Below, piece after piece: positions 10,641 through 20,899 of a stretch of 55,000 nucleotides of DNA (the first letter of the stretch is position 1; every line of letters begins with the position of its first letter). The DNA is from Candidatus Bathyarchaeota archaeon (GTDB lineage: Archaea > Thermoproteota > Bathyarchaeia > Bathyarchaeales > Bathyarchaeaceae): positions 1 through 55,000 of the forward strand of contig CAVOMX010000008.1 in the NCBI GenBank assembly GCA_963697165.1, in the 5' to 3' direction. The notes under the pieces are model-generated. The model had not been told where the DNA came from. It did no database searches and saw nothing but the letters and a program-made list of their open reading frames with translations. Position numbers and translations under genes: made by a program.

Positions 10641-11717
10641 ATGATTGGAGTCAATCAAGTCTCGATGAACAAAGGACCTATGTTTATTATGGTTTGGCGA
10701 TGCACTCATGGCTGTAACCTCAATTGTATGTATTGTAGTTTTCGAGGCGGAGATCTTCCTAAGATTCCAGCCGAGGACGAAATGGATGTTAAAGGCGCCT
10801 TACATGTAGTAGATGAGATTTATGATTTTGGCGCCACATGGTTTGGATTGAGTGGCGGCGAACCACTTACGCGTGGAGACATTTTTGAACCAATTCATCA
10901 CGCAAACCAATTGGGCATGAATGTAAGCTTGATTACAAACGGCCTTTTTGTTGAAGGCGATACTTATAACAAGCTCATAAAAGAAAACGTCATGACCTCC
11001 ATTAGCTTTGATGGCCCTGAAGAAGTACAAGACAAACTTCGGGGAAAAGGTGAACATAAAAAAGCCTTCTCTGCAATTCAAAACTTGTCAAAAGTAGGGC
11101 TTCTGGATTGTCTGGTAACGACAGTTACAAAACTTAACCTTAAAGAAATGGATTATCTAGTCAACGTAGCTGACGAGTATGATGCTAAACGTGTGGTTAT
11201 TCACAACTACGTTCCCGTCGGTAACGGAAAATATAATGTTGAACTTGCTCCTACGGCTGAAGAATATGAATCATTATGGAATCATGTTTATGATTTGTAT
11301 CAAGAGTACAAAGGCAAAGTTGACATCAAAGTGTATAGTCCATTCTATGCCCGTATAGTCAGAGATAGGGGAATGCACAATTTCTGGGACTGGTACGCAA
11401 ACGATTTTTTGGGTAAATGCACTATGGACGGCCACTACGTGAGCATATCTCCGAATGGAGACGTTAAACCCTGCGGATTTAATGAACATCTAAAATTGGC
11501 TAACCTGAAAGACAAAAGCCTCAGAGAAATCTGGAATGACCTACAACACGACGAATTCTATCTGAAGCTAAGAGACAAACGCAACCTCAAAGGCAAATGT
11601 GGAATATGCGAATACCGCGAGATATGCGGCGGCTGCAGAACACGAGCCGAATACTACACAGGAGACATCTTCGAATCCGATCCCGCATGCGCTTATGTTC
11701 CAAAAATCTTAACTTAA
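10641..11717 (+). CDS. Radical SAM protein with SPASM domain (NirJ/Ahb/PqqE-like)
   Basis: CNLNCMYC, SGGEP, and C-terminal KC...KPC...KCGICEYREICGGCRTRA...DPAC. Confidence 0.9.
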   Translation: MIGVNQVSMNKGPMFIMVWRCTHGCNLNCMYCSFRGGDLPKIPAEDEMDVKGALHVVDEIYDFGATWFGLSGGEPLTRGDIFEPIHHANQLGMNVSLITNGLFVEGDTYNKLIKENVMTSISFDGPEEVQDKLRGKGEHKKAFSAIQNLSKVGLLDCLVTTVTKLNLKEMDYLVNVADEYDAKRVVIHNYVPVGNGKYNVELAPTAEEYESLWNHVYDLYQEYKGKVDIKVYSPFYARIVRDRGMHNFWDWYANDFLGKCTMDGHYVSISPNGDVKPCGFNEHLKLANLKDKSLREIWNDLQHDEFYLKLRDKRNLKGKCGICEYREICGGCRTRAEYYTGDIFESDPACAYVPKILT

Positions 11718-11946
11718 AGCCCTTTTTTTCTAAATGCACGCACATTTCTCAAAACATAAAGAACACTTGATTTTTAGCATCCATTTGATTGTCAGATACC
11801 GTGATTCGGCCGTACCGCAAAGTGGAAGCTTCGAGTGAGTTGGGGATGCCTAATTATTGGGCGTTGTAACATTGGGAAATGGAATGAGTATTACTCATCG
11901 ACAATACAAGTATGCTGATGGAATTAAACGTAGACAGTTGTTTAAC

Positions 11947-13248
11947 TCACCTGCTCAACTCGTTACAGTTAACAACTTCTCCTGTATCAGCCCACAGTCC
12001 AACTGCAATCCGGTTAATATCTCCGGGATAAACTTTGTCAAGATAAAGAGTTACGTACCAGTAAGGAATTAATTCTAAAGGTTCTTCTCTTATGTGTGGC
12101 AATAGGCTCACGGATACAGGTTCTTCTAGTATGTTGAAATTTGTTACTTCTAGGCCATCTGCATTCCATGTGTAGTTCTCTGCATAGTTCATTGCAATGT
12201 TTATGGCTTCTTCATCTGAGACATTTACTTCAGTACTACCTACATGGAAGAGGAACCACCCATCAACAAGCGACTCCAAAACGCCATTATCAAAAATGAA
12301 GCTTACCCCTTTCGTTTGATAGTCAATGCCACTGGTCGTTTGTATCCACTGGATTTCAATATCATTTCCTTCAGTTGCTATTACAAGCTTCATATCGTCA
12401 ACTGTTTTTTCCAAGTCTTCGATTTCATTGACCGTTTTCAACATATCGCTCATCACTGTCAAGTATGAAACTCCAGAATATTTTTGGTATCTCTGGAGAA
12501 GATCTGCAGCCATCTCAAGAACGTTAGTTGGTTGTGGTTGAGAATAAAGCGGTGAAAATTCAAGCACATCAATCCGGTAACGAGACAGCGTTTGGTTTCT
12601 AAACCTGAAATCCACGTTTATTTCGCTGTCATCAGATGTGAGAGTGTATTTCAAAATCTCCTCGGGGATGCTACCCAAATCAGAACGATGTTCTATAGTG
12701 TTACTTACTAGTGTTGAATGATATTTCGTTATGTCAAGTTGGATTACATCTTCTAAGAAAGAGGTCACCCTATTTGTGGATATACCCCAAGATGATAGTC
12801 GTGCATTTTCCGAAGATATTTGATCAAAATCAGTTACGAGTTGCTCATACTCTGAGGATATATTGTTCAAAGATAGGAATTGCACATAAGATACGCCTGA
12901 CAAAATGACAAGCCCGATCATGAGCACCGCAAAAAAGAATTTCCATTTCAGCGGTAGCGCTAAGGGATGTTTTGGTGGGGTAACTGGAACCTCCTCAACC
13001 CCCCTCATGGTTATCACAGCTGCTTTTCCGAAGGTTGATAACCGATACTTTCCATTCTCTATCTTTGATACAAGTTCTCCAAGGTTTTCGAGGTGATAGG
13101 TCAGGTGGGAACTGGAGATTCCAAGTTCATCTAATATTTGTGAGAAGGTTTTTGGCTTCTCTGCAAGCATTCTAAGGATTTTCCGGCGGGCTGGATGCTT
13201 CAAAGAAGAGAACATAGTTGAATATGTTTCGTCCTCTGAATTAGGCAC
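11947..13248 (-). CDS. ArsR-like wHTH regulator with a TM helix and large extracytoplasmic domain
   Basis: LKHPARRKILRML...SSSHLTYHLENL; TM FFFAVLMIGLVILSGV; long C-terminal domain. Confidence 0.8.
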   Translation of the reverse strand: MPNSEDETYSTMFSSLKHPARRKILRMLAEKPKTFSQILDELGISSSHLTYHLENLGELVSKIENGKYRLSTFGKAAVITMRGVEEVPVTPPKHPLALPLKWKFFFAVLMIGLVILSGVSYVQFLSLNNISSEYEQLVTDFDQISSENARLSSWGISTNRVTSFLEDVIQLDITKYHSTLVSNTIEHRSDLGSIPEEILKYTLTSDDSEINVDFRFRNQTLSRYRIDVLEFSPLYSQPQPTNVLEMAADLLQRYQKYSGVSYLTVMSDMLKTVNEIEDLEKTVDDMKLVIATEGNDIEIQWIQTTSGIDYQTKGVSFIFDNGVLESLVDGWFLFHVGSTEVNVSDEEAINIAMNYAENYTWNADGLEVTNFNILEEPVSVSLLPHIREEPLELIPYWYVTLYLDKVYPGDINRIAVGLWADTGEVVNCNELSR

Positions 13249-13302
13249 GATTTGTCCACCAGCTAAACTATTGTGAAGTATCTTAAGTAAACTTTTCTTT
13301 TT

Positions 13303-13318
13303 GTCAAGAAACCTTGAC
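13303..13318. promoter_or_regulatory. GTCAAG-N4-CTTGAC palindrome upstream of the membrane-anchored regulator
   Basis: GTCAAGAAACCTTGAC, followed on the minus strand by AAAAAG and a TATA-like TTTACTTAA. Confidence 0.75.
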
Positions 13319-13475
13319 CAAACTAATCAACTTCAATAGTCTCGTTGGGACCAGATATGTAAATAAAATGAAAGCTTTTTTATGTTAGAAAAACTGATGT
13401 TTTTTGGTGTTGTCTTCTCTAGTTTCTTATGGTCTGGAAATTAAATAACTCCCTTTTCTGTGCTCTCTTTTGTTT

Positions 13476-13863
13476 CTAGGATTTTTTGACTATCGCATCG
13501 AGTTCTACTAGCACCCCCAACCATTAGGCCTGCTTGGGTCGTAGTTCGTGCTGGAGGATTTTTCTCAAAATATTTGCTGTAAACTATATTGAAAGATTGA
13601 AAGTCCCCAAAGTTGCTGAGAAACACAGAGGTTTTCACAACATCATTTAAAGTCAAACCTATGCTTTCGAGGATATTCTTTAGGTTCTCTAGCACCTGAA
13701 CTGTTTGCGCTTCAATTCCTCCTTCAGTAAACTTTGAGGTTTTCGGGTCAATAGGGATTTGGCCAGAGACAAAAACGAAGTCGCCGCTGATTATAGCTTG
13801 TGAGTATGGACCTACCGGCTTTGGAGACTTTTCTGTTTCTGTTAAAACAATTTTTTTAGACAA
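13476..13863 (-). CDS. ridA: RidA/YjgF-family enamine deaminase; frameshift at the C-terminus
   Basis: GPYSQA, VSGQIPID, VVKTSVFL, PPART; VELDAI lies in the alternate frame. Confidence 0.88.
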
Positions 13864-13959
13864 CTAAACTATGCCTCATTATGACTCTCGGTTAAAAGAC
13901 AATATATTATTTGGGAAACTTGAACAAATGTTTAAAGTAGAAAAAAGCGTATTGATTGT

Positions 13960-14388
13960 TTGGTGAAAAGAATGGCAAAAATTAAAGCAACCGCAAAATG
14001 GGTGGAGAATGTTCGTTCAGTAGCAGAAAATTCGAGTGGTCATAAAGTAGTTTTGGACTTAGGAACCGCTAGCGGGGGCGACAACAAAGGTCCATCAGCC
14101 CTGGAGTTAGCCATCATGTCTCTTGCTGACTGTGCTGTGACAATATTTGCGGATGTCTGCAAACAGAGCAATGTGGAACTCAGCAAAATGGAAGTTATCG
14201 CAGAAGCGGAAAAGCCAGAGGGTTCTCCGATAATATCCGGAGTTAACATGAAAGTTAGAGTAGCCGCGAAAGCAAGAGAACAAAAACTTGATGCGATCTG
14301 GAGACGAACCGAAGCAAACTGTCCTGTTGTATTCATCTTCACGGAGAAGATACCGGTAAACATAGAATTTGAAACAATCGCTGAGTAA
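13960..14388 (+). CDS. OsmC-family protein
   Basis: GG.NKGPSALE...LADC and NCPV, the two-Cys pattern. Confidence 0.85.
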   Translation: MVKRMAKIKATAKWVENVRSVAENSSGHKVVLDLGTASGGDNKGPSALELAIMSLADCAVTIFADVCKQSNVELSKMEVIAEAEKPEGSPIISGVNMKVRVAAKAREQKLDAIWRRTEANCPVVFIFTEKIPVNIEFETIAE

Positions 14389-14538
14389 CTTTAATCATTC
14401 AGCGAATCTTAATACAAAAAGGTCTTTATTTAGCGACCTTTTTAGGTCGTATTAGTTTAGGAAAACGGCTTTTTGTTGAGCTTTATTAGTTTCACTTTCA
14501 CTTGGTCTGTTTTAGGCTAATCTTGTTTGTTGAATCGC

Positions 14539-14724
14539 TTGTCTTTTAAGCCTCTCTGACAGAACCGAGAGAATCGGTGTTGATTACTTGGAGAGACTTC
14601 ATTACCGAAGAGCCTTCACAGATGTTCTGAAGCAGAGTGGAGAAACAACGAAAAACTATGAATGCTCAGAGGAAACACTAAAACATATTCTACAGGGAGA
14701 GGAAATCTTGAATAGACTTGATTG
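14539..14724 (+). CDS. Possible ~60-aa hypothetical protein (…SDRTERIGVDYLERLHYRRAFTDVLK…ILNRLD); start likely frameshifted
   Basis: Stop-free, protein-like reading frame translated by hand; no clear in-frame start. Confidence 0.35.
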
Positions 14725-14788
14725 AACTGAACTGGCAAAAAGGTTTTTAGCTTCAAGGAAACCTGTCAAGGATTAAAAGCGATGGGGT

Positions 14789-15628
14789 TTGTTATTGAGA
14801 TTCGTTGATGCTCACATTCATCTTTCAGACAGTGATTATGCACAGAATATTGGAGAAATTGTGCAAGAAGCAAAACAGTTAGGCGTTTTGGCTTTGGTCG
14901 CCAATTCTATGGACCTAGAGTCAAGTCATCGAAGTCTCAATTTAGCTGAGGAGTATCCTGATCAGGTGTATGCTGCTTTGGGTATTCATCCTTGGAACAC
15001 AAAAAAGCTAGCTGACAACGAAGTGCAGGATACTGTTGATTTAATTTTTGAAAATAGAGATAACCGACAGAAAGTTGTCGCTGTTGGGGAGATAGGATTA
15101 GATGCTAGTTACTCGGGAAATGGAGAACCCACAGAAATTCAGATGCAAGTCTTTCATGAGATGCTTTCTGCGGCTGAAAAAACGTCGTTGCCTGTGATAA
15201 TTCATTCTAGGGGAACCACCAGCCAAATCGTGAGCCTTCTTCCATCCTACAAAATAAGCAAGGTTCTTCTTCACTGGTTCAGCCAGCCCCACAGCATAAT
15301 CCATATAATTGTGGACCGCGGATATTACATCACCGAAGGCCCGCCCACAGTATTTTCAGGCGGCATCCGAGAAGTTATCAAACGCATACCCTTAACGAAT
15401 CTTATGACAGAAACTGATGGCCCAGTTCGTTTCAAGGGACCATTCAAGAACAAACTGACCACGCCTTCTTTCATTCCCATGGTAGTTGATGCAGTAGCTG
15501 AGCTGAAGGGAAAGGAGAAAAGTGAGGTTGCTAACCAGATTTTCCAGAATTTCATTGATTTTTTTGGGGTAGAAGGCGCAAGGGATAAAAGACATGATGC
15601 GGAGACAATTGATAGCGAAATAATGTAA
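14789..15628 (+). CDS. tatD: TatD-family nuclease
   Basis: DAHIHL, ALGIHPW, VGEIGLD, IIHSR, LLHWFS, ETDGP. Confidence 0.93.
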   Translation: MLLRFVDAHIHLSDSDYAQNIGEIVQEAKQLGVLALVANSMDLESSHRSLNLAEEYPDQVYAALGIHPWNTKKLADNEVQDTVDLIFENRDNRQKVVAVGEIGLDASYSGNGEPTEIQMQVFHEMLSAAEKTSLPVIIHSRGTTSQIVSLLPSYKISKVLLHWFSQPHSIIHIIVDRGYYITEGPPTVFSGGIREVIKRIPLTNLMTETDGPVRFKGPFKNKLTTPSFIPMVVDAVAELKGKEKSEVANQIFQNFIDFFGVEGARDKRHDAETIDSEIM

Positions 15629-15659
15629 GTAACTGGTTACGGGAATAACGTGGTGAAAA

Positions 15660-15878
15660 ATGGGAAAAGTACGCACTGAGCAGGTGAAAAGGGTAGCTCG
15701 AGAGTTGTTGGCAAAGTATCCAAGCAAGTTTAATGCAGATTTTGATAACAATAAAAAATTTGTGAATGATTACACAAACATTTCGACAACTAAACTAAGA
15801 AACAAGGTAGCGGGCTACACTGCTCGATTGGCTAGCATAAAGTATAGGGATGAAGACAGCGCTGATGAAGAAGAATAA
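15660..15878 (+). CDS. rps17e: 30S ribosomal protein S17e
   Basis: MGKVRTEQVKR...F..DFDNNK...KLRNKVAGY. Confidence 0.95.
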   Translation: MGKVRTEQVKRVARELLAKYPSKFNADFDNNKKFVNDYTNISTTKLRNKVAGYTARLASIKYRDEDSADEEE

Positions 15879-16000
15879 ATAAACAATTAGTTGAAGAGAA
15901 ACCTATTCTCTTCATTGTTTCAATTCTTGTCAAATCTTTTTATAATCACCCAACGTATCTCATGAGTATAAATAGCAAACTGAAAAAGAGGGCACCCTGA

Positions 16001-16375
16001 TTGTCAGAGATGGATGATTATCGAAAAGGCTGGGCGGTTCGTTATATTAGAGAGGCAAAGGCAGAGTTGATTGCAGCTAAAAAAACTCCTTACATGGCGG
16101 CAGGTTTTATCATGGAAGCTTTGTCGAAAGCTCAAGCGGCTATTTACTATAGCTTGGGGGATCCCGCGGTTATTGCGCCGATAGTTCAGGAGACTCTTCA
16201 AACCACAAGTAATGTTAAAGAACCGATCTTGAATTTTCTCGTTGAAATCGAAAAAGCCCTCCAGCAAATGTCGCAGTGCGCCACGGTAGATAACGAAAAG
16301 ACAATCGAGCACGTGATTGACATAATTGAATTCACTTCTGAGATAGTGGAGCTTTTCGGCGGTGAAAGCTCCTAG
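16001..16375 (+). CDS. Hypothetical alpha-helical protein (HEPN-like start)
   Basis: 124-aa ORF co-oriented with its neighbours; W..RYIREAKAEL..A. Confidence 0.6.
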   Translation: MSEMDDYRKGWAVRYIREAKAELIAAKKTPYMAAGFIMEALSKAQAAIYYSLGDPAVIAPIVQETLQTTSNVKEPILNFLVEIEKALQQMSQCATVDNEKTIEHVIDIIEFTSEIVELFGGESS

Positions 16376-16395
16376 TACATAAGAGAGTACAAACT

Positions 16396-16689
16396 ATGGT
16401 TATCTGTGTAGGCGTTAGGTTTTTGGGGATATTCCAGCGTCTTTCAGGAAGGAAACATTTTCAGGTGAAGCTAGATGAACCAGCAACCGTCAGCGATATT
16501 GTAATGAAGCTTACGGAAGCATTTTCAAGCGAATTTAATCGGGTTCTAGTTGATTCGCAGCTTGATGACCCCAGACCAAACGCTCTGATTCTTGTTGGAG
16601 GAAAGGAGATTAGCGCGTTACAGGGACTTGAAACAGAGGTTAAAGATGCTGATGAGATTGTTTTGATTCCGATGGTTCATGGCGGTTGA
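16396..16689 (+). CDS. MoaD/ThiS/SAMP ubiquitin-like protein
   Basis: Beta-grasp pattern, GLETEVKDADEIVLIPMVHGG with terminal GG. Confidence 0.9.
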   Translation: MVICVGVRFLGIFQRLSGRKHFQVKLDEPATVSDIVMKLTEAFSSEFNRVLVDSQLDDPRPNALILVGGKEISALQGLETEVKDADEIVLIPMVHGG

Positions 16690-16759
16690 TGATGGTTCTC
16701 GAAAGAGAATGCCGTGAATATTTCGGTTGAATACGGCAGTGTCAGTCTGTGATCAAAGT

Positions 16760-16945
16760 TTATTGGCTCTTTTTTTGTTCTTTGATAAGCTGCTTGAGGC
16801 GTTTCTCCATCTTCAGTTCGTAGGCATGTTCTGGAGGAGGGGGAGGTAACTGTTTCAGGTATTCTTCCAAGGAAAGCTCTTTCGTGTTAGTCAAATTTTT
16901 TTGCTTTCTCTTTTTAGGCATATATAATACAATGATGGAAGCCAT
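16760..16945 (-). CDS. Small basic hypothetical protein
   Basis: 61-aa ORF with a polyproline stretch. Confidence 0.4.
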   Translation of the reverse strand: MASIIVLYMPKKRKQKNLTNTKELSLEEYLKQLPPPPPEHAYELKMEKRLKQLIKEQKKSQ

Positions 16946-17266
16946 AAATAAAACTGATGTCTCAGCTTCCAGGCTTTTGTTTAATCCAGACCAGTTCTAG
17001 CTGTAGGAAACATCATAGTTTTCTGGTTTGTGTATAATGTTAAAAGGTCATAGCAGGTTTATTTGGATGTACAAAATTTTGTGATATAAACTGGCGTGTA
17101 ATGCAGCTTTATGAGCTGTCGCCTTTATATTCTTAATATAAATTCTGAGCAAGAGGTTGTTATTGTTATCAATTATCAAAATGCTTGTTAATATTCGTTG
17201 TCCGCTTTGATTTTATGTTCATTCTTGTTTTGATAAGGTATAAAGACTACAAGTCCCATATTGGCT

Positions 17267-17443
17267 GATTGTTCGAGTTAGGGAGCACGCTTGAATAGGT
17301 CAGCAATGCACGGTTAGTTGTCTGGATAGTCAGCTATCACATGTCTCACGCGATTACATCAACGGAGATGGGTTGTGGCTGGAGCCTGGATAATTGGCTA
17401 TGCTCTGTTGATCGACTAGGCTTTGACCTAACTCGAGCACTTC
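17267..17443 (+). ncRNA. Candidate rod-shaped non-coding RNA (~175 nt)
   Basis: TATAAA at 17239; 13-bp terminal stem 17270-17282/17427-17439; further nested helices in one register, rich in G-U pairs; no ORF. Confidence 0.65.
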
Positions 17444-17554
17444 AATTTATCGAAAAACAACACGTCTGCATCAAAACAAGAATACAACTAATCTCTTTAT
17501 TCAAATAACAAAACGATATTAAAAACCAAAACCAGCAAAAGAACCTCTTTCTGT

Positions 17555-18052
17555 TTACTCTGCAGAATAGGGCAGCTGTATTGCCATAACGAAGGCGTCT
17601 TCTCCGTCCGCGTAGTAGTTTCTGAGTGTTCGTACGGTTTCAAATCCCAATTTTTTGTACAGGTATACAGCGGATATGTTGCTTTCCCTGACTTCTAAGT
17701 AGCATTCCTTCGCGTTATAGTTCACCATTGCTTTTGTTGCTTCCCGAATTAACGAATAACCGATTCCTTTACGATGATGCCTAGGCAGAACAGCAATAGA
17801 TATCACATGACCCTTCTTTGCTATCCCAAGCAGTTTAAAACTTGGAATTCCTGTTTCGATACGGCACATAATATAGCCCACAATTTCTCCGTTGACTTCA
17901 GCAACGATGAAAGTCGCCGGGAATCGATTATACAAGTTAATGAAAAAGTGGGGGCTGTAATTTTCGGGAAGGCATTCGCGGTTTATCTGGATTACTCCGT
18001 CTAAATCAGATGTTTTAAACGGTCTAAGCTTATAGTTTAATTCCAAAACCAT
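17555..18052 (-). CDS. rimI: RimI/Ard1-type N-acetyltransferase
   Basis: LPENY, GHVISIAV, RKGIG, YLEVRESN, YYADGEDA. Confidence 0.92.
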   Translation of the reverse strand: MVLELNYKLRPFKTSDLDGVIQINRECLPENYSPHFFINLYNRFPATFIVAEVNGEIVGYIMCRIETGIPSFKLLGIAKKGHVISIAVLPRHHRKGIGYSLIREATKAMVNYNAKECYLEVRESNISAVYLYKKLGFETVRTLRNYYADGEDAFVMAIQLPYSAE

Positions 18053-18171
18053 TTGAACTATGCCTTCTCTGCTTTTTTATTCAACCGCATCAGAGCTGAA
18101 AAGGTTGTAAGTGAACAAAAGTAAATATACCTTTTCGTGTTTAGGCTGAAATTTAATTACAGAACGTTTCC

Positions 18172-19251
18172 TTAGGTCATATCCCAGAAAGCCGACTGCT
18201 GTTGTTTAACCTGTTTTAACATTTTTTCTCCTTGTTTATGAATCTTAACCGTTGCACCACGACGCCTATCATTATAGGAGTAGGGGATTTCAGCCAATCT
18301 GGCAGTAACTGCAGCCGCCATTTTTCCAAGAAATCTTAGGTTGTATCCTCCCTCAAGAACTGCAACCAGTTGTCCTTGGCAAAGCTTTGAGGCTGACTCT
18401 AAAATTGAGTTAAAGATTTTGGTGTAGATGATGGCGGATAGGGACATGTTACCCACGGGGTCTGTGTAGTGGTTGTCAAATCCTGTGGATACGAGAATGA
18501 ACTGTGGTCGGTACTGGTTAATGACTGGAGATGCAATCTCGTTGAAAGCTTTGAGGTAGATTTTGTCGTCTGTTCCGTAGGGAAGAGGAACATTCACGGT
18601 GTATCCCAGCCCCTCATCTTTGCCCACTTCATCTGCAAAACCATTCAAGGGAAACTCGATGGGATCCTCATGGAGGCTAACATATAGAACCTTGTTGGTT
18701 TTGTAGAAGATGTCTTGCGTTCCGTTTCCATGATGTGCATCTATATCCAAAATTGCTACACGGTCAAGGCTACAGTTTTCTAGCAGATGAGACGCGGCTA
18801 CTGCAACATTGTTGAAAACACAAAAACCCATTGGGTAGCATGGACCAGCATGATGTCCCGGAGGTCTAACCAATGCAAAGGCGTTCCTATATGTTCTATT
18901 CATGACAAGGTTAGCCGCCTTCACGGCTCCTCCAGCTGCCAAGAGAGCCACATCATAGCTTTCGGAAGAAACCAACGTGTCCCTGGCATCCAATAGTCCG
19001 CCGCCGCACCTGCAGAAGTTCCTAATTTTTTGAATGTAGCCACTTTCGTGGACCCGCTCTAAGTCTTTTATTTTAACAGTTTCTGGCTCAACGAGAGAAC
19101 AGTTTTCGTTTTCAAGGATGCCGCTATTGTTTAGTTCTCTTAGGATTACTCTGAGACGGGAAGGAACTTCAGGATGGCGGGGTCCTGTTTTGTGACGCAA
19201 ATACTTGGACGAGTATATTATGGCTGTTTTTGTCATTTTTTTGCTTCCCAA
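18172..19251 (-). CDS. Histone deacetylase-family protein
   Basis: HPE, RPPGHHA, GFCVFNN, DIDAHHGNGTQ, GFD, LEGGY. Confidence 0.95.
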   Translation of the reverse strand: MGSKKMTKTAIIYSSKYLRHKTGPRHPEVPSRLRVILRELNNSGILENENCSLVEPETVKIKDLERVHESGYIQKIRNFCRCGGGLLDARDTLVSSESYDVALLAAGGAVKAANLVMNRTYRNAFALVRPPGHHAGPCYPMGFCVFNNVAVAASHLLENCSLDRVAILDIDAHHGNGTQDIFYKTNKVLYVSLHEDPIEFPLNGFADEVGKDEGLGYTVNVPLPYGTDDKIYLKAFNEIASPVINQYRPQFILVSTGFDNHYTDPVGNMSLSAIIYTKIFNSILESASKLCQGQLVAVLEGGYNLRFLGKMAAAVTARLAEIPYSYNDRRRGATVKIHKQGEKMLKQVKQQQSAFWDMT

Positions 19252-19361
19252 ACGAAACGGGCGTGTTATTTTTTCGCTGATGAGTTATTTTGTGGTTATC
19301 CAGTAATTAATGGTTGTCGACAATGGAGAGAAGGTGTTTGGTTTGGACAAAAAGGATTTTC

Positions 19362-20052
19362 ATGTTTCTTGAAGGATAGTGAGCAGTTACTGTTTAGAGT
19401 CTGGTTTGTTTTTTGGGGTCTAAGGTTGCCATATTCTCATACCTGATTATTGTGGCGAATATCATAGTTTTTTTGCTGGGCATATCTGACCCATAATCGT
19501 ATCGGCTGCTTATCCACAATTATGGTTTAGTTCCAGTTCAGGTTATGAATGGCACAAATCTTCTATCCCTAGTTACCTCCATGTTCCTTCACGCTGACAT
19601 CCTGCATCTGGGACTGAACATGTTCTTTCTGCTGGTGAGTGGTAACGCTGTTGAACGCGAATTAGGCAATTTTCATTTCTTGGGATTGTATCTAGGCTTC
19701 GGAGTTATCGCAGGACAATTTCACTCATACCTAAACAGCAAATCAGTCATCCCCGCTATAGGTGCTTCGGGAGCAATCTTCGGCGTGTTGGCTGCTTTTG
19801 CTATTCTTTTTCCCTTTCGTTGGCTCCTCAAAACTCTTCGGATTCATTCCCATTCCCATGCCAGCCATACTATTAGTATTCATAACAATTCTAACCGAAA
19901 CCGCGTATGTGTCCTCCGGAATCGTAGAAAACATCGCTCACACTGCCCATGTTGGAGGCTTCATAGCAGGAGTCTTTCTAATACTACTATTCATACCAAA
20001 TAACAGGCAGACCAAAACTAAGCCACAAAAAGGCTCTAGTCGACCACGATAA
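19362..20052 (+). CDS. Rhomboid intramembrane serine protease; frameshifted
   Basis: TSMFLHA..LHL..NM, IGASGAIFG, AHTAHVGGF across ORFs 19545 and 19762. Confidence 0.85.
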
Positions 20053-20549
20053 CAGAAAGAATATCAATTGATGACTTGAGATGCAAAACGAGTTTCTGAA
20101 CCAAACAATCTGCCTTCTTGAGTTACGAAAAATATAGCAAATGGCTTTTGCAGTTTTTTCTACAATCTGAAGCCCCAAATCGGTTAATTGGAACTTTTGC
20201 TCCCTTTAGGTCATTGAGGTAGCTGTATATGGCACATTCCATCTTTTTTGGTTTTAGCTGTGATAACCGCTGCTTTGGACACGTTTTGGTTTGCCAGAAG
20301 GTAATCTATGTGCCAGAATTTTTGTTTTTGTTTCTTTAGGTGCCTAGCTAGTCGATGCTTGAGGCTTGTTGCTCCATTTCCTAGGGCAGATCCAGTGTAA
20401 GTGTAGTATCCTTCTGAAAACACTTGTTTTTCCAACTTTCCCACAATCAAAGTAACCTCTTTTGAAATATGCAACAGCAAAGTGTAGATTCCGATCGTCG
20501 AAAACTCTGAAATACTAATCACATCGGTTTTCATTGAAATAGCCGCCAA
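19987..20549 (-). CDS. DUF123 / GIY-YIG (Uri) endonuclease; frameshifted
   Basis: GIYTL...YTYTGSA...RLARH...WHIDYL; continues toward FGASDC..C. Confidence 0.8.
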
Positions 20550-20899
20550 GTTGCTAAACAGCTTTCTAAGTTATAGGTTCATTCCAGAAAAATATATTAT
20601 AATAAAGCTTTGAGAGGTCAACATCGAACTCTGGGTCACTTTAAACATATCCAAATTGAAACTATACTCTGTCTACTAGCTGGTTAACGTCTGCCAAAAT
20701 CTTTTACACACGCGTATCCATGTCGGAGTCTGGGTTATAAAAGTAAAGACAAAAATTTATTCCCCCATCAGAGATGGTTGATTTTTGTACAACATTTCTT
20801 ATGGACAAGAACAAACTAAATTTCGCTCTTCTGGGACTCTAGCAACCTTTTAAAGAGACACAAAGCATTATACCGTTTCAGACGTTTGAAGGGCTAACT

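Noticed and set aside
14410..14455. Overlapping inverted repeats (AAAAAGGTC/GACCTTTTT, CGACCT/AGGTCG) after osmC
   Set aside because: Short and adequately explained as a terminator region.
14585..14680. Glycine-riboswitch-like words (GGAGAGA…CCGAAG…CTCAG)
   Set aside because: The expected stems and the CUCUCAGG motif do not form, the downstream gene is tatD, and the segment reads as a plausible small ORF.
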